Virus record (IMG/VR): IMGVR_UViG_3300013132_000034 | Span: 1 to 64,000 of that record | Source: a virus | Reading direction: 5' to 3' (one strand) | Length of the DNA stretch: 64,000 nt | Shown: positions 18,406-29,459 of the stretch, piece by piece | How the letters are laid out: each line of letters begins with the position of its first letter | Position numbering within the stretch: position 1 is the stretch's first letter | Program-made: the position numbers and the translations under genes | The notes under the pieces: generated by a model | Told to the model about the DNA's origin: nothing | The model's input: the letters and a program-made list of their open reading frames with translations, nothing else | Databases searched by the model: none

Positions 18406-20366
18406 TATTTTCTCTCCAACTTTTTATTTAAATCCTTTATGCATTCAATTAAAAGTGGTATAATTTTTTCATATCTAACTGCTTTGTATCCGTTGGTGCG
18501 TGTTTCTACTGCTTCAGGTAATATTTTTTCTACTTCTTGCGCTATAACACCTATATCATGGCCTTTATAATTTGAATCTTCGCTCCAATCAAACGAAACA
18601 CCATTAATTTTATCTATTTTTTCTAGTGGAGAATCAATATTTACTACATTTAACTTTAACCTTTCGTCAGAAGTATAATATGCAACGACGTCTCCACCAT
18701 TTGCATAAATGTTGCCTATTACTTCCAGATTACCATTAATTAAAGCACCTGCATTTGTGCCAATACCGGATGAAAAATAACCATTAGCTCTGACTTGAAA
18801 CGTTTCTGTACCATCTGTTCTATTTGGGCCTGTTGCATTATATCGAATAGAAAGAATTGTATCAGGTAAAGCGGTTGAAGAGGTTGTTCCAAGCACCATG
18901 GAAGGGCCGAAAGCAGAGCGGCCAATCAATTTTAATGCAGTTGGGCTAGAAACATCATCAGTAAAAATTTGAACTACGTGATCATTAGGTAAAGTTGTTG
19001 GATTAACTTTTCCTTTCGAAAAATAATGACCATTTACATTTGCATCAAAGAAATTAAAACCAGTTTTTGATATGATTTCACCATTCATATCAATATCAAC
19101 ACGGCCCCTATTACCGCCTTCAGCTGTTACCACATCACGAATTACTAATCCGCCTGCAATATGAATGGATGAGAGTGCACTTGTATTAGATGATGTTGGG
19201 GAGCCTCTACTTACGGAGCCAAACCCTCTACCAAAAGAGGCATTACAGTATCTATCAAAAATAATTCTATTAAAAGCAAAATTATCATTAAAGAATCTTG
19301 CTGTATTAAAATTGTCTTGTTGTTGAAATATTGTAACTGCATCTTGAGCTGTTTGATTAATAACAGAAAGCGCTGAAGTTACAGATACAAATGTTTCCAA
19401 CACTGTAAAATCGCCTAAAGCTGTGAGATTTCCAAGTACCAAACAATCATTATCAATCATTACACTGTTTGTAAATCTTGAAAAACCATCAACTCTTAAT
19501 GCGGGTTGTGAAGAGTTACCGCCTGTCTTTTGGAAGTAAGCAGTTCCGGAAGAAGTGAGTAAAAATGAGCTTGGATTGTTGTTGTCACTCTGTCCAGGAA
19601 AGAAATTAATACCACTTAAACCAAATAAATCTGAAGAGCCTGCAATATTACCAAAATTACCTTCTGTTTTAATAACAAAAATATCATTAGTAGGGCTATA
19701 AACTGTTAATGCCCCCTCATTTAACCCTGTTGTATTAATATTAATACGATAATCCAAGTCACATTTGAGATTGTTTTGCTTAATATCACCAAAATAAAAA
19801 ACACCATCGCGTTGAGATGGGTTAAAACCAGTATCTGATGTTATTGCCCAGTAGTTTGAATTTAATTCTGCAACCTTTATGGTGCCATAGAATGGCTCTG
19901 CTGTATTATAGTCAAACCAAAAAGCTTTGCGGTAATCATTAACTCCTATTACCTTTTTGCCAAAAACTGATTCAGAAATACGAACTTTACCGGTAGGCGA
20001 AGTTGTTTTTTCCAATACCAACTCTTCATATCTTGGGCCTATGTCAAATTTTCCAGATGCTAGTCCTGTCTCGTCTAAAGCATATAAAGTACTCTCATTA
20101 GTATCGTAAAAAGAATCACCAGGCTGAAAAAAACCTACTGGTAGTGAATTTATAACCGTATCTACATTTGGAAAGGCGCCTTGAAACAAGTTACCCGCAA
20201 CATTACCTCCCCCACCCAGCCCATCACCAATAAACAAACGCTTTGAATCTATTGTATACCCCAATTCACCTTCATCTAAGCGTATATTTTGGCGTTCCGA
20301 TTCAGTACCTCTCCGTACTAAAATCTTTAAAATAGTTGTATCGGTGATTTCAAATACGCCTGGCAT
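18405..20366 (-). CDS. Tail fibre/spike with Mtd_N-like N-terminus and C-terminal peptidase S74 intramolecular chaperone
   Basis: VRRGTESER...LDEGELGYTIDSKRLFIGDG; YTSDERLK, IGVIAQEVEKILPEAV, VRYEKIIPLLIECIKDL. Confidence 0.88.
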   Translation of the reverse strand: MPGVFEITDTTILKILVRRGTESERQNIRLDEGELGYTIDSKRLFIGDGLGGGGNVAGNLFQGAFPNVDTVINSLPVGFFQPGDSFYDTNESTLYALDETGLASGKFDIGPRYEELVLEKTTSPTGKVRISESVFGKKVIGVNDYRKAFWFDYNTAEPFYGTIKVAELNSNYWAITSDTGFNPSQRDGVFYFGDIKQNNLKCDLDYRININTTGLNEGALTVYSPTNDIFVIKTEGNFGNIAGSSDLFGLSGINFFPGQSDNNNPSSFLLTSSGTAYFQKTGGNSSQPALRVDGFSRFTNSVMIDNDCLVLGNLTALGDFTVLETFVSVTSALSVINQTAQDAVTIFQQQDNFNTARFFNDNFAFNRIIFDRYCNASFGRGFGSVSRGSPTSSNTSALSSIHIAGGLVIRDVVTAEGGNRGRVDIDMNGEIISKTGFNFFDANVNGHYFSKGKVNPTTLPNDHVVQIFTDDVSSPTALKLIGRSAFGPSMVLGTTSSTALPDTILSIRYNATGPNRTDGTETFQVRANGYFSSGIGTNAGALINGNLEVIGNIYANGGDVVAYYTSDERLKLNVVNIDSPLEKIDKINGVSFDWSEDSNYKGHDIGVIAQEVEKILPEAVETRTNGYKAVRYEKIIPLLIECIKDLNKKLERK

Positions 20367-20374
20367 AATATTAT

Positions 20375-21079
20375 TTAAGGTGATTTAATCATCAAGTAAT
20401 AAAATCTTGATGGAAAAGGTTCGTTTAATATATACAATGATTTAGATGGCATAACATTAAAATTAAAATTTGAAGGACTTATTGATGATAAGCCGGGGAA
20501 TACTTGTAGATTATCTACTCTTATATTATTCCAATCTACACCTAGAGCTGTAGATTTTAACGCAGTTATAGAAATAGTATTAGTATCTACATAAATTTTG
20601 CCGGTAGGGTTAAATTTTATTGTGTCGTTATCTAAATTAACAGTTAATTGATCGTAGGGTGAAGCAGAAAGACCCAAATAAACAATTTCATTTACTCTTA
20701 TTTCATTTACACCTAAACCTTTTTGCTTCACCCCAAATTTAAATGCTGTTGTTAATGCTATAGTTGTATTATCAGGTTTTACACCTACGTTAACCCAATT
20801 ACTTGAAAGAGAAGGTGGGAAGGTTGATAAAGCGTAAAGAGCGTTATTGTTGTTATCATAAACAAGATCGCCCACTAATGCTTCACCAAAATTTGACCTA
20901 TCACCTGCGCCAAGGAATTTATTAGCTATATTAATGCCGCCTAGTGTACCGCCATCCCCTACAAAAAATCTTTGTGTATCTGTAGTGAAACCAAGCTCTC
21001 CTTCATCAAGTATAACTCTTTTTCTATCTGAGTCAGTACCTCTTCTTACTTTTATCTTTACTATACTAATATCTGCCAT
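20375..21079 (-). CDS. Short fibre-type protein with the same Mtd_N-like N-terminal domain
   Basis: KVRRGTDSDR...LDEGELGFTTDTQRFFVGDG. Confidence 0.75.
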   Translation of the reverse strand: MADISIVKIKVRRGTDSDRKRVILDEGELGFTTDTQRFFVGDGGTLGGINIANKFLGAGDRSNFGEALVGDLVYDNNNNALYALSTFPPSLSSNWVNVGVKPDNTTIALTTAFKFGVKQKGLGVNEIRVNEIVYLGLSASPYDQLTVNLDNDTIKFNPTGKIYVDTNTISITALKSTALGVDWNNIRVDNLQVFPGLSSISPSNFNFNVMPSKSLYILNEPFPSRFYYLMIKSP

Positions 21080-21080
21080 G

Positions 21081-21344
21081 TTATGGTCCTACTACATTTG
21101 TTAAAAGCCCATTACTGAAAGTAAATGTGCTGGTATTTAAAACGAAAGTATGTGATAACCCAGTTAAGCTATTAGTTAGAAATCCATTTTTCGCGCTTAA
21201 TGATCCGTTTACAACAAAATTACCTTGAAATGGGTAAAGTTCAGAGGCAATGGGGTCGGAAGCACTATCAGGTACCCCAGGGGTGCTATTTGTATGGTGA
21301 TTTGCTCTATGATACTTGTTATGAAATCTTGCGTTCCCGGCCAT
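21081..21344 (-). CDS. Small probable virion protein with His-rich N-terminus
   Basis: MAGNARFHNKYHRANHHT; FSNGLLTNV end; perfect TATAAATA upstream. Confidence 0.65.
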   Translation of the reverse strand: MAGNARFHNKYHRANHHTNSTPGVPDSASDPIASELYPFQGNFVVNGSLSAKNGFLTNSLTGLSHTFVLNTSTFTFSNGLLTNVVGP

Positions 21345-21350
21345 ATATGA

Positions 21351-21358
21351 TATTTATA
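21351..21358 (-). promoter_or_regulatory. T4-type late promoter TATAAATA
   Basis: Exact consensus, 6 nt before ATG 21344. Confidence 0.8.
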
Positions 21359-21385
21359 GAAAAAAATAGGTTTTAAACTAAAAAA

Positions 21386-23026
21386 TTAACTAATAACTTT
21401 TGTAGAAGTTAGGGGAGGCCATACGTTTAATTTAGTATCTCTTAAAACACTTAACATATGAGTTTGTAAATCATACATTTTTGATATACTTCTATTAATT
21501 ACCGAATTACTATACATTTCATTTATACCGACTAAATAATTTAAACTATAATCAAATTTTTCTTTTTGGACCTCATTATCAAGTAAATACAAAGTACCAT
21601 AAAGAAGTAGATTGCCGCTACCATCATATTTTCCGGCAAATCTTTTTGTTATTCTATCTCTCATAGCTAAAATATTAAGTAAAATTTTGTAATTCGACTT
21701 GCTAAAAACCCAGTCTTGAGAATATTCTTCAGGATTTACTCTTATTTCATCAATAGTATACATATCCAAGTCATTATTTGTCAATATAGTTACATAGCTT
21801 GATTTTTCTAGAAATGACAAGAACATTCCAGCATTATAGCGTTTACCATACACCACTAAATTATCAATATTGTCTGAATATTTGGTTAAATAACTAAAAT
21901 TAAATTGTGTAGTTGTAATATTGTTGTCACTTAACAAAAATTTGCCTATATAAGTTTCAGGTTTACTTATAAATTTTTTATAAATGTTTTTATTAGAAAT
22001 TGTATAGAAGATATTATTATCTACTTCGGAAAAATTAAAATCAATTATTTTTTCGTTAGTAGTAAAAAAAGAAGACATTGAAAAAAAGTTGCTTGTTGAA
22101 AGCTCCGGAGTAAACACACCCAATATAGTATTAAACCCCAAATAAAATTTATTATTAACAGGATTTATCTTAAAAGCAGTTATTTCATTTTCTAGAAACA
22201 AGTTTTTATTTCTAAATGTTTTTACCCAATTCATATTGCTGTCAAAAACTTTAACACAGTAGTTGCCGCGGTCCATAATATATAAATTATTTTGATATAG
22301 ATTTAAAAAGCCTGGATTATTAAATTTATCTATGTCTTGATAAGTGCCTGTACCGCCCATACTATCAACATATACAATCTTTCTACCAATAATATTATCT
22401 TCTTCAAGCAAATTGTTAATATTATATTGATAGATTGTATCATTACCGGAATCACACACATATAAATACTGTTTAGTTTCATCTATAGCAATAGAATCTA
22501 TTCTACCAAAAGTAAATGTAGAGTTTTCTGTAACTTTATTAGTTGAAAGAAAGACACCTATAGTATTGTAATTATAATTACTAGTTAACACATAAAGATG
22601 AGTATTTGATGCAAAGAAACCTATATTAGCATCGCTATCTACAGGTGATTTTTTTGTAAAATTACCTGAAACAAGTTGGTCAAGCTGTGGTAATCCATAG
22701 CTTGATAATGGTTTGCTGCTGTTTGTATTAGTAATATTTGAAGGTATCCAACTAAATGCACCACAAAGAGGGAAAAGACCTGTAGATGAGCCTGAAGCTA
22801 ATTTTGCATATTGAAAAGGTATATTATTGTCTGATAATTTAGTTAAAGAATACAAATAAATTAAATTAGATTGAAGCTTGCTATAAATTTCATTTATTGT
22901 TTCATGATACGAAATTTCATTTATCGGAACCGCTATTTCTTCGTAACTATAGGGTAGCTCAATAGTACCGCCCATAGTTCTATCATAAAAATAGTTATAT
23001 TGCTTTACAATTTCACTCGCTTGCAC
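21386..23026 (-). CDS. Probable virion protein with NHL-type beta-propeller repeats
   Basis: LYVCDSGNDTIYQY, FNNP...LYIMDRGNYCVKVFD. Confidence 0.7.
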   Translation of the reverse strand: MQASEIVKQYNYFYDRTMGGTIELPYSYEEIAVPINEISYHETINEIYSKLQSNLIYLYSLTKLSDNNIPFQYAKLASGSSTGLFPLCGAFSWIPSNITNTNSSKPLSSYGLPQLDQLVSGNFTKKSPVDSDANIGFFASNTHLYVLTSNYNYNTIGVFLSTNKVTENSTFTFGRIDSIAIDETKQYLYVCDSGNDTIYQYNINNLLEEDNIIGRKIVYVDSMGGTGTYQDIDKFNNPGFLNLYQNNLYIMDRGNYCVKVFDSNMNWVKTFRNKNLFLENEITAFKINPVNNKFYLGFNTILGVFTPELSTSNFFSMSSFFTTNEKIIDFNFSEVDNNIFYTISNKNIYKKFISKPETYIGKFLLSDNNITTTQFNFSYLTKYSDNIDNLVVYGKRYNAGMFLSFLEKSSYVTILTNNDLDMYTIDEIRVNPEEYSQDWVFSKSNYKILLNILAMRDRITKRFAGKYDGSGNLLLYGTLYLLDNEVQKEKFDYSLNYLVGINEMYSNSVINRSISKMYDLQTHMLSVLRDTKLNVWPPLTSTKVIS

Positions 23027-26000
23027 GGTTATTACTCCATATTATATTTCTCAACTTTGTATAAGAAGGCATTACCCCGTCTAAAATTTGTTTTATTTGT
23101 TTTTCTAAATTTAATTTTAATGTAATATCAGTAATACCTGTATTTTTTATTTCTAAATCAAAAATTCCAGATTTAAAACCGGGTATTTTATTTTTAAATA
23201 CAAATTCAATTTCATCTAATATATTTCTTCTACCTGATGGTATATCAAATAAAATTGTATAAAAGTCTAAACCTTGTTTTACATGTAGGTTAATTTGTGC
23301 TTCATCTAGAGTAGTGTTATAAAAATATATATTTTTTAATTTTGTATTGTTTACAAAGAAAGAATTTTTTTGTTTTAATCGATTTGCTAAAATTCTGTTA
23401 TTAAATGATGGTGTAGCGCCAGCTAATAATGGTTCTTTTAATAGATTATTAAAAATATAATTGTTTTCAGGAAAAAATGCATTGTTTACCAACTGACCAT
23501 CAACAAATAATGTCATTGTACCTCTATAAGTATCAACCCTTACCGAAAAATGATGATATCCTACATCTATGCCGGAGGTATGAAAAGGAAGATCAACAAC
23601 TAAACTATCATTGTAATCATAGACATTTCTAAGCTTTATTTTTGCATTTATATTTTGTGGTTTATATTTCTTTTTTACATAATATCTTGCATAATCACCA
23701 CCTGAAGTATCTGCAATAGTATTGGCAGAATATGAATTACTTAAGATATTAGTTTTAAGTATATCCCCGTTATAATTAATTTTATCCATTCTTAATTTGT
23801 TAAAATCTGACAATGAACTTAATCTTGAATATGTAATTAATTCTTCTTTATATTGGGAGCCTTCAAAATAATTTATTAGATCAATATTAGTGAACGTGCC
23901 TGACAGATCAACAGCAAAAGTAGATAACAAAGTTTTGTCTGGTGTTGTTGTAAGTTTTGATAATTTATTACCAGTGTGCAACACCCATAAATAACCATTA
24001 TTATCAATATTAAAATCTATTAAATTATCAAATTTATATGCAGAATACCTTTCTTTAGAAATAGTATTGTATACAAAAATAAAATCTTTCCAACTTATGT
24101 AAATATCATTATCAAGTATTTTAGGTGAATAACCTTGTATGGGATACACCTGGTTATTATATGCAATTATATTAGTAAATCCTGTATTGTCAAAATCAAT
24201 TACATTTGCAGCGTCATATAAAAATCCGGTATTATCATAACTAGATATTTGACCTGTATTAGTATCCAACATAAAAAAATCATCTGATTCCTGCCCAGTA
24301 AGCACGAAGCAAAAATTATCATTAATTGGAAATACAGATCTCACATTACTTATTTGTGGTATTGTTACTTTATCTAACGAAACACCATCCAAATTCACCC
24401 TCACTACATCATTATTTTCAAGTATAGGAAAATAATCTTCACATTGATCATATCTTATTAAATTTTTCACTTCACCATACAGGCGTTTAGTATCAACATA
24501 AGCTAAATCGGTGTTAAAAATATTTACCGCAGATTGTGATAAAATAGTTATATAAGGTGTAACATAGTTTGTACTAAATACACCAAAACCATCATTTATA
24601 TAGTTACCAATAATTTGATTTGCGTAGTTTTTTGTCCAATCTTTTGTATATAAGTAAAAATTTAAAGTAAATTTATTAAAATTTTCAGGGCTTGATATTC
24701 TTCCGGTTCTTGCATATTCGTTACCATTAAACGAATATTCTAAACTTTCGTTTTCTACAAGACTACCTGATAAACTTTCATAAAATATGTTAGTATAAAG
24801 ACTCAAATCTTTTTCAAATAATATATTGTTAAAAGTTTTTATTAATTGATTTATTGTTTTCTTACCTAAATGATGATAAGCATACAAAACACCAGGTTCA
24901 AATGTAAATCGGCTAGGTATATCAACTACAACTTGTTTTATAAATGGCAATTCATTTTGTGTCCCTTGCAATTCGGAAAAATAATTTACGAGAGGGTTAG
25001 GACCCGAGGTAAACGCTGCAACATAAGTGGTTTTTTCTGGAAAATAATATCTATCTATCCATACTGGCCGTATTTTATCATTTGAACCAGCGGAAAGCCA
25101 TGAACACAAAAAGGTTCCGCTTTGTTCTATTGTTGCATCACCAAATGAAGAGGTATTTTTATAATCTGCTTTCTTTTTAAACAATTTATCTGATCGTAAA
25201 GGATGATCCCCTGCAATTGCACCACTTTCAATCAAACCTGTATCGCTTATATTAAGCTTCGCGAAAGGAAACAAATCTTGAGGTGCATGAAAATATGTTA
25301 GTTTATCTGGTTCAAACTGACGCTGACTAGTATAAGATTCATAACCTAATAAAATATTTTCATTGCCACCTATTTGATTAGTACCTGTAAATAATTTTTG
25401 ATATTGCCTTTGTTGTATCTCAGGTTCTTTTACTGAAAATGGGTTGTTTTTTGATTGATAATTTTCAGGTGTATTGGTATTTTTTAAAGTTAAAATATTT
25501 ACTGGTAATGTTTTACCGGATAGACTATAGTATTCAGCATTAATTAAAAAGTTTGTATCTAGCTTTGCATATGAAGGACAGTATTCATTGTAAGGTAAAG
25601 GCCTATCATCAATAGTTAAATTGTTTAGCTTGAGATCTTTAGTATATTGTGCCCAGATACTATTAACTACCGGTTCATTTTGAGGTTCAAATCTGGGCCT
25701 ACATCTATAAATTTGATCATTTAAAAATCCAAAATCATCTGAAGTTAATGGTAGATATAGAGATATATCTTTAGTTATCTCAAAAGTCTGCAATATATAA
25801 GCAACATCATTTATAAGTTTGTATATAACAATAAAATCATTATTTCTATCGTAAAGATAACAAAACGATTGTGTAGAGTTAGGATCAAAAGGATTTTGAC
25901 CATTATCTAAACAAAAAAATGTATTACCGGTAGCTTGTAGATAATTTATAGTGAGATATCGTGTATAGTTATTATATGAATGTGCAATTCTACAAATTTT

Positions 26001-26420
26001 ATCATCAAGAAATTCTATATCGAAAATATATCTATTATTAATATCTATAAAAATTCCTGATGCTGATACATCTATAGTTGAAATATTTCCTTCAATATCA
26101 TTTTCAATATTCCAAAAATCTGTTTTAGTTGTCAGCAGTTTATCTGCATCTGATGCAAGCCATGTAGTAAATTTTTCTATTTTAGGATTTTCTAGAGATT
26201 TAAACTGTATATTATCTTGTAAGCTGAACCTGTCAGTTAAATAAAAATTACTATATTTGTTAGATGATGCATCACGAGAATCTTTTAAAAAATTATGAAG
26301 TAATATATCCAGATTTTGTTCATTTTCAAAATTATCGTTTTTAAGCGATAGAGTACTGTCTAAATCATAGCTTAAACGTATGGAGGGGTATGTTGTTTTA
26401 TTTAAAGCCTGGATTTCCAT
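23013..26420 (-). CDS. Large probable baseplate/virion protein with LamG/ConA-like and beta-propeller segments
   Basis: FNGNEY...FTLNFYL and YHHFSVRVD...TLFVDGQLV LamG-like halves flanking beta-rich repeats. Confidence 0.65.
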   Translation of the reverse strand: MEIQALNKTTYPSIRLSYDLDSTLSLKNDNFENEQNLDILLHNFLKDSRDASSNKYSNFYLTDRFSLQDNIQFKSLENPKIEKFTTWLASDADKLLTTKTDFWNIENDIEGNISTIDVSASGIFIDINNRYIFDIEFLDDKICRIAHSYNNYTRYLTINYLQATGNTFFCLDNGQNPFDPNSTQSFCYLYDRNNDFIVIYKLINDVAYILQTFEITKDISLYLPLTSDDFGFLNDQIYRCRPRFEPQNEPVVNSIWAQYTKDLKLNNLTIDDRPLPYNEYCPSYAKLDTNFLINAEYYSLSGKTLPVNILTLKNTNTPENYQSKNNPFSVKEPEIQQRQYQKLFTGTNQIGGNENILLGYESYTSQRQFEPDKLTYFHAPQDLFPFAKLNISDTGLIESGAIAGDHPLRSDKLFKKKADYKNTSSFGDATIEQSGTFLCSWLSAGSNDKIRPVWIDRYYFPEKTTYVAAFTSGPNPLVNYFSELQGTQNELPFIKQVVVDIPSRFTFEPGVLYAYHHLGKKTINQLIKTFNNILFEKDLSLYTNIFYESLSGSLVENESLEYSFNGNEYARTGRISSPENFNKFTLNFYLYTKDWTKNYANQIIGNYINDGFGVFSTNYVTPYITILSQSAVNIFNTDLAYVDTKRLYGEVKNLIRYDQCEDYFPILENNDVVRVNLDGVSLDKVTIPQISNVRSVFPINDNFCFVLTGQESDDFFMLDTNTGQISSYDNTGFLYDAANVIDFDNTGFTNIIAYNNQVYPIQGYSPKILDNDIYISWKDFIFVYNTISKERYSAYKFDNLIDFNIDNNGYLWVLHTGNKLSKLTTTPDKTLLSTFAVDLSGTFTNIDLINYFEGSQYKEELITYSRLSSLSDFNKLRMDKINYNGDILKTNILSNSYSANTIADTSGGDYARYYVKKKYKPQNINAKIKLRNVYDYNDSLVVDLPFHTSGIDVGYHHFSVRVDTYRGTMTLFVDGQLVNNAFFPENNYIFNNLLKEPLLAGATPSFNNRILANRLKQKNSFFVNNTKLKNIYFYNTTLDEAQINLHVKQGLDFYTILFDIPSGRRNILDEIEFVFKNKIPGFKSGIFDLEIKNTGITDITLKLNLEKQIKQILDGVMPSYTKLRNIIWSNNRASE

Positions 26421-26426
26421 TAAGAA

Positions 26427-26434
26427 TATTTATA
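26427..26434 (-). promoter_or_regulatory. T4-type late promoter TATAAATA
   Basis: Exact consensus, 6 nt before ATG 26420. Confidence 0.8.
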
Positions 26435-26447
26435 GAATACCTTAATT

Positions 26448-27134
26448 TTATGAACTGCTAATTTTAATAAGATTGTTAAGTAAGTACTCTGGGTTAGATG
26501 CTTCTAAGACATTTGTAATGGTTTTTTCGGAAAGAGATACATATTTAGAATCTAACATATAAATTTCATCAAAATCAAATATAGAATCTTGTACTATATC
26601 AATAGTAAAATACCAGTGATTTGTAGCTAAATTACCATTTAATACTCTTAGATAGGCAGTATATGTTGTTGTAAGTGTAGAATCGCTTGGTTCATATGTA
26701 TGAGATACATTAACCCACTTCGGATCGCCGAAACCTGCGCCGTTGAGTAGTGAATCTATCTTAAGTTTGGAATAATCGATTAAAATTTCTCTATTATTCG
26801 CGTATGTTTTACCGTCTCCAAAATCGTAATTAATTCTTAGTATTGGAAAAAACCTAATATCTAACCCTGTGCCACAAAAAGTAACAGTTGTATAGCCTTT
26901 GTACTTGCCAAGATATGCAGAATTGTATGAGTCCTGAAATGAATATCCCCAGGGAAAGAAAAAACCACCGTTTGCAGTCTCTGGCCAAGAAGATGTTGAG
27001 AAAAGATTACCGGTTGCTGTCAATGGGTAAGGTATATTGGTACCGGATAAAACATCACTAAACCAATAATGATTTAACATGTTGATTTCGCCGGGATCTT
27101 GTACAGATGACAAGTACGCAAGAACTAGATTCAC
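26448..27134 (-). CDS. PKD-like domain virion protein
   Basis: INYDFGDG...VSHTY; TAAATA 6 nt before the GTG start. Confidence 0.65.
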   Translation of the reverse strand: MNLVLAYLSSVQDPGEINMLNHYWFSDVLSGTNIPYPLTATGNLFSTSSWPETANGGFFFPWGYSFQDSYNSAYLGKYKGYTTVTFCGTGLDIRFFPILRINYDFGDGKTYANNREILIDYSKLKIDSLLNGAGFGDPKWVNVSHTYEPSDSTLTTTYTAYLRVLNGNLATNHWYFTIDIVQDSIFDFDEIYMLDSKYVSLSEKTITNVLEASNPEYLLNNLIKISSS

Positions 27135-27170
27135 ATTTAATATTTAATACTAAACCATTAATACAATATA

Positions 27171-27755
27171 TTAAATTTTATCAAACATAGTGCTTTGATT
27201 AAGATGGGGTAGAGGCTCGGAAGGTATATCTACATTTAAAAACTTACAAAATGGATCCCAACCATCAGAAAACTTATATATTAATAAAGGTTTATTATCT
27301 GTTTTTGCAAAATTAATAATTTTTTCTTTATGAATGAGTACTTCTTGACAAAAACTTTCTTGGTTTAAATCTGTTTTTTTAAAAACTTCAAGTAAATTAA
27401 AATAATCAAAAGTTTGAGCAGGTTTTGATGTATTTTTATTAAACCAGTCTTCTAAAAGTTTAAAATTTCTTGACAGCCCAACCTTTAAGAAAGAATTATA
27501 TATAGCTAGTGGGTCTTTATCTATATAAATTAAGTTAAAATCAAATCCTTTTATCATCTCTAAAAAAATTAAGGAATAGAAAGGTGTATCTGAATAAAAT
27601 TCGTATCTCTTGCTTTGAAGATATGCAAACGCGTGCTTGCCACCAACATGCAGTGCATTAAGACCAACAATTTTTGCCATTTTTGTTAAAGACAAGGTAC
27701 CTGTTCTGGGTAAAGAACATACTATAGTAAGAGGCTTATCTTTTTCTTGGCTCAA
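27171..27755 (-). CDS. Sulfotransferase-family (Sulfotransfer_4-like) P-loop protein
   Basis: LPRTGTLSL PAPS-binding-type loop, DTPFY, DGWDPFCKFLNVDIPSEPLPHLN. Confidence 0.8.
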   Translation of the reverse strand: MSQEKDKPLTIVCSLPRTGTLSLTKMAKIVGLNALHVGGKHAFAYLQSKRYEFYSDTPFYSLIFLEMIKGFDFNLIYIDKDPLAIYNSFLKVGLSRNFKLLEDWFNKNTSKPAQTFDYFNLLEVFKKTDLNQESFCQEVLIHKEKIINFAKTDNKPLLIYKFSDGWDPFCKFLNVDIPSEPLPHLNQSTMFDKI

Positions 27756-29425
27756 TTCTCTCTTCTTTCTTTAGATTCGTAATGTGCAAAACGGTAATGA
27801 TTAATAGGTGACAGCAACAACAATGCCCCTCTCAAATTGCCCGATTTAGACATCTGAAAAAATTGAGACATCCATGTTTGTTCGTATGGGTGCGCCCATT
27901 TAGTATCTAAAAACATTTTTTTATTACCAGTTCTTGAAACTATTTGAGGCCAATTACAATAATAAATTTCACCATCAATGTATGCCAACCCATCACATGA
28001 ATTTATATTGTTAAATTGTGTTTTTGGAGCATTAGGGTCTAAACCTTGTACTGGTAATACTGTTTTTTCTGGAAAAAATTTCTCTCTTACTGTTTGCGGA
28101 ACATTATACCACGACCACTGGGTCTTATTATCACCAAAAAACTCTGTAAATGAAAATTTAAGAAAATCATACTCTTCTTTGTCCATTATTTTAATAATTT
28201 TATAAAACAAATTATCAGTAGTACGCGGAATTCCATTCTTACAAACTCTTTCCGGTCCATTGTAAAGATTCATATCATCTTCAAAAAACATATAGTATTT
28301 TCCGTTAGTAGTTTCAAAATGATCGGCAATAAATTGCCGTCCACCGCATATTCCTATATTGTTTTGTTTGATATGTTCAAAATTATACTTTGCACATATA
28401 CGTTTATAATCATCTGTGGTTGTTAAATTAGTACTATTATCGATTAGTACATTGGTAGTATCTCTGAAAAACCCGGGTTGTATTAAATAGCTTTCAATAA
28501 GCTTGGAAAATTGCTCAGGCGAATTAAACCCTATAACATATGAATAAGTCCCAGTGTGATTGCTAAATATTTTTACATCTTTTTTAGTTACATCTAAATT
28601 TTTTACATCTTCAAAAAACTTTACTACTAAGCCATTATCTTCAATCATGTGTTTGTGAAACATTTGAGGATATATGTAAGAGAGTATTGTAAAAATACTT
28701 TCTTCCGTGCCCATTAACCCTTCATGTAATGAATTTGATAGTAATGCATAATATGCACCGTTAATATCGCTCATATCTTTGGTGCTACCGCCGAAAAAAC
28801 CTCCTCGACATACATATTCTACATTTTTTGTATGTGCATATTCATTTATTTTCGGTCTGCTAAAGCCATGTATTTCGCCACCACCAGTATATGGAAAGGT
28901 TATAAACAAAAACTTATCTGTTATTTCAGGAATTTTTTCTATAACTTTGTCCTTGCTGAAATAACCCGGGTGAACTGTGTTGGTTAAACCACCATCAATC
29001 CAATACATGTATTCTGTATTAAAGGGGTTGCGTATTTTTTCATCATGCAGCATAAACATTTTTGACATAACCATAGGGTTATATAACTCCATGGTTGCTT
29101 GGGTGCTCTCACGAAGCCAACCAGCTTGATTCAACCAATTTTCGTTTTTTCTTATATTTTGTACTTGATCATAGAATGGAAAGTGTTCTTTAAATGAATC
29201 TGTTTCTTTTATTCTTATTACTGTGTTATGTGGTTGACGCAAACTATTGACAAGATCTTTATACTTGTCTTCTATATAAATTACTAAATTATAATCTTTT
29301 AGAGATGTAAGCAATTCCGTGAATTTAACAATATAATGTGAAAAAGGTCTTTTGAATCCTTCACCAGCATTATTTCTACCCAGGTCCCATATGCCTGTGA
29401 CAAGGGTAATATTGTTTTTATTCAT
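27752..29425 (-). CDS. HtrL/WlaTC-family glycosyltransferase fused to a second GT-A (GT2-like) domain
   Basis: ITLVTGIWDLGR, PFNTEYMYWIDGG, CRGGFFGG, GTEESIFT; second half NIGICGGRQ...YYMFFEDDM. Confidence 0.8.
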   Translation of the reverse strand: MNKNNITLVTGIWDLGRNNAGEGFKRPFSHYIVKFTELLTSLKDYNLVIYIEDKYKDLVNSLRQPHNTVIRIKETDSFKEHFPFYDQVQNIRKNENWLNQAGWLRESTQATMELYNPMVMSKMFMLHDEKIRNPFNTEYMYWIDGGLTNTVHPGYFSKDKVIEKIPEITDKFLFITFPYTGGGEIHGFSRPKINEYAHTKNVEYVCRGGFFGGSTKDMSDINGAYYALLSNSLHEGLMGTEESIFTILSYIYPQMFHKHMIEDNGLVVKFFEDVKNLDVTKKDVKIFSNHTGTYSYVIGFNSPEQFSKLIESYLIQPGFFRDTTNVLIDNSTNLTTTDDYKRICAKYNFEHIKQNNIGICGGRQFIADHFETTNGKYYMFFEDDMNLYNGPERVCKNGIPRTTDNLFYKIIKIMDKEEYDFLKFSFTEFFGDNKTQWSWYNVPQTVREKFFPEKTVLPVQGLDPNAPKTQFNNINSCDGLAYIDGEIYYCNWPQIVSRTGNKKMFLDTKWAHPYEQTWMSQFFQMSKSGNLRGALLLLSPINHYRFAHYESKERREN

Positions 29426-29459
29426 TAATATAATTTAATTATTGGAAAAAAAATAGCTA

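Noticed and set aside
18405-21079. Diversity-generating retroelement suggested by the Mtd_N-like domains
   Set aside because: No reverse transcriptase and no TR/VR pair with adenine-specific differences seen in the window
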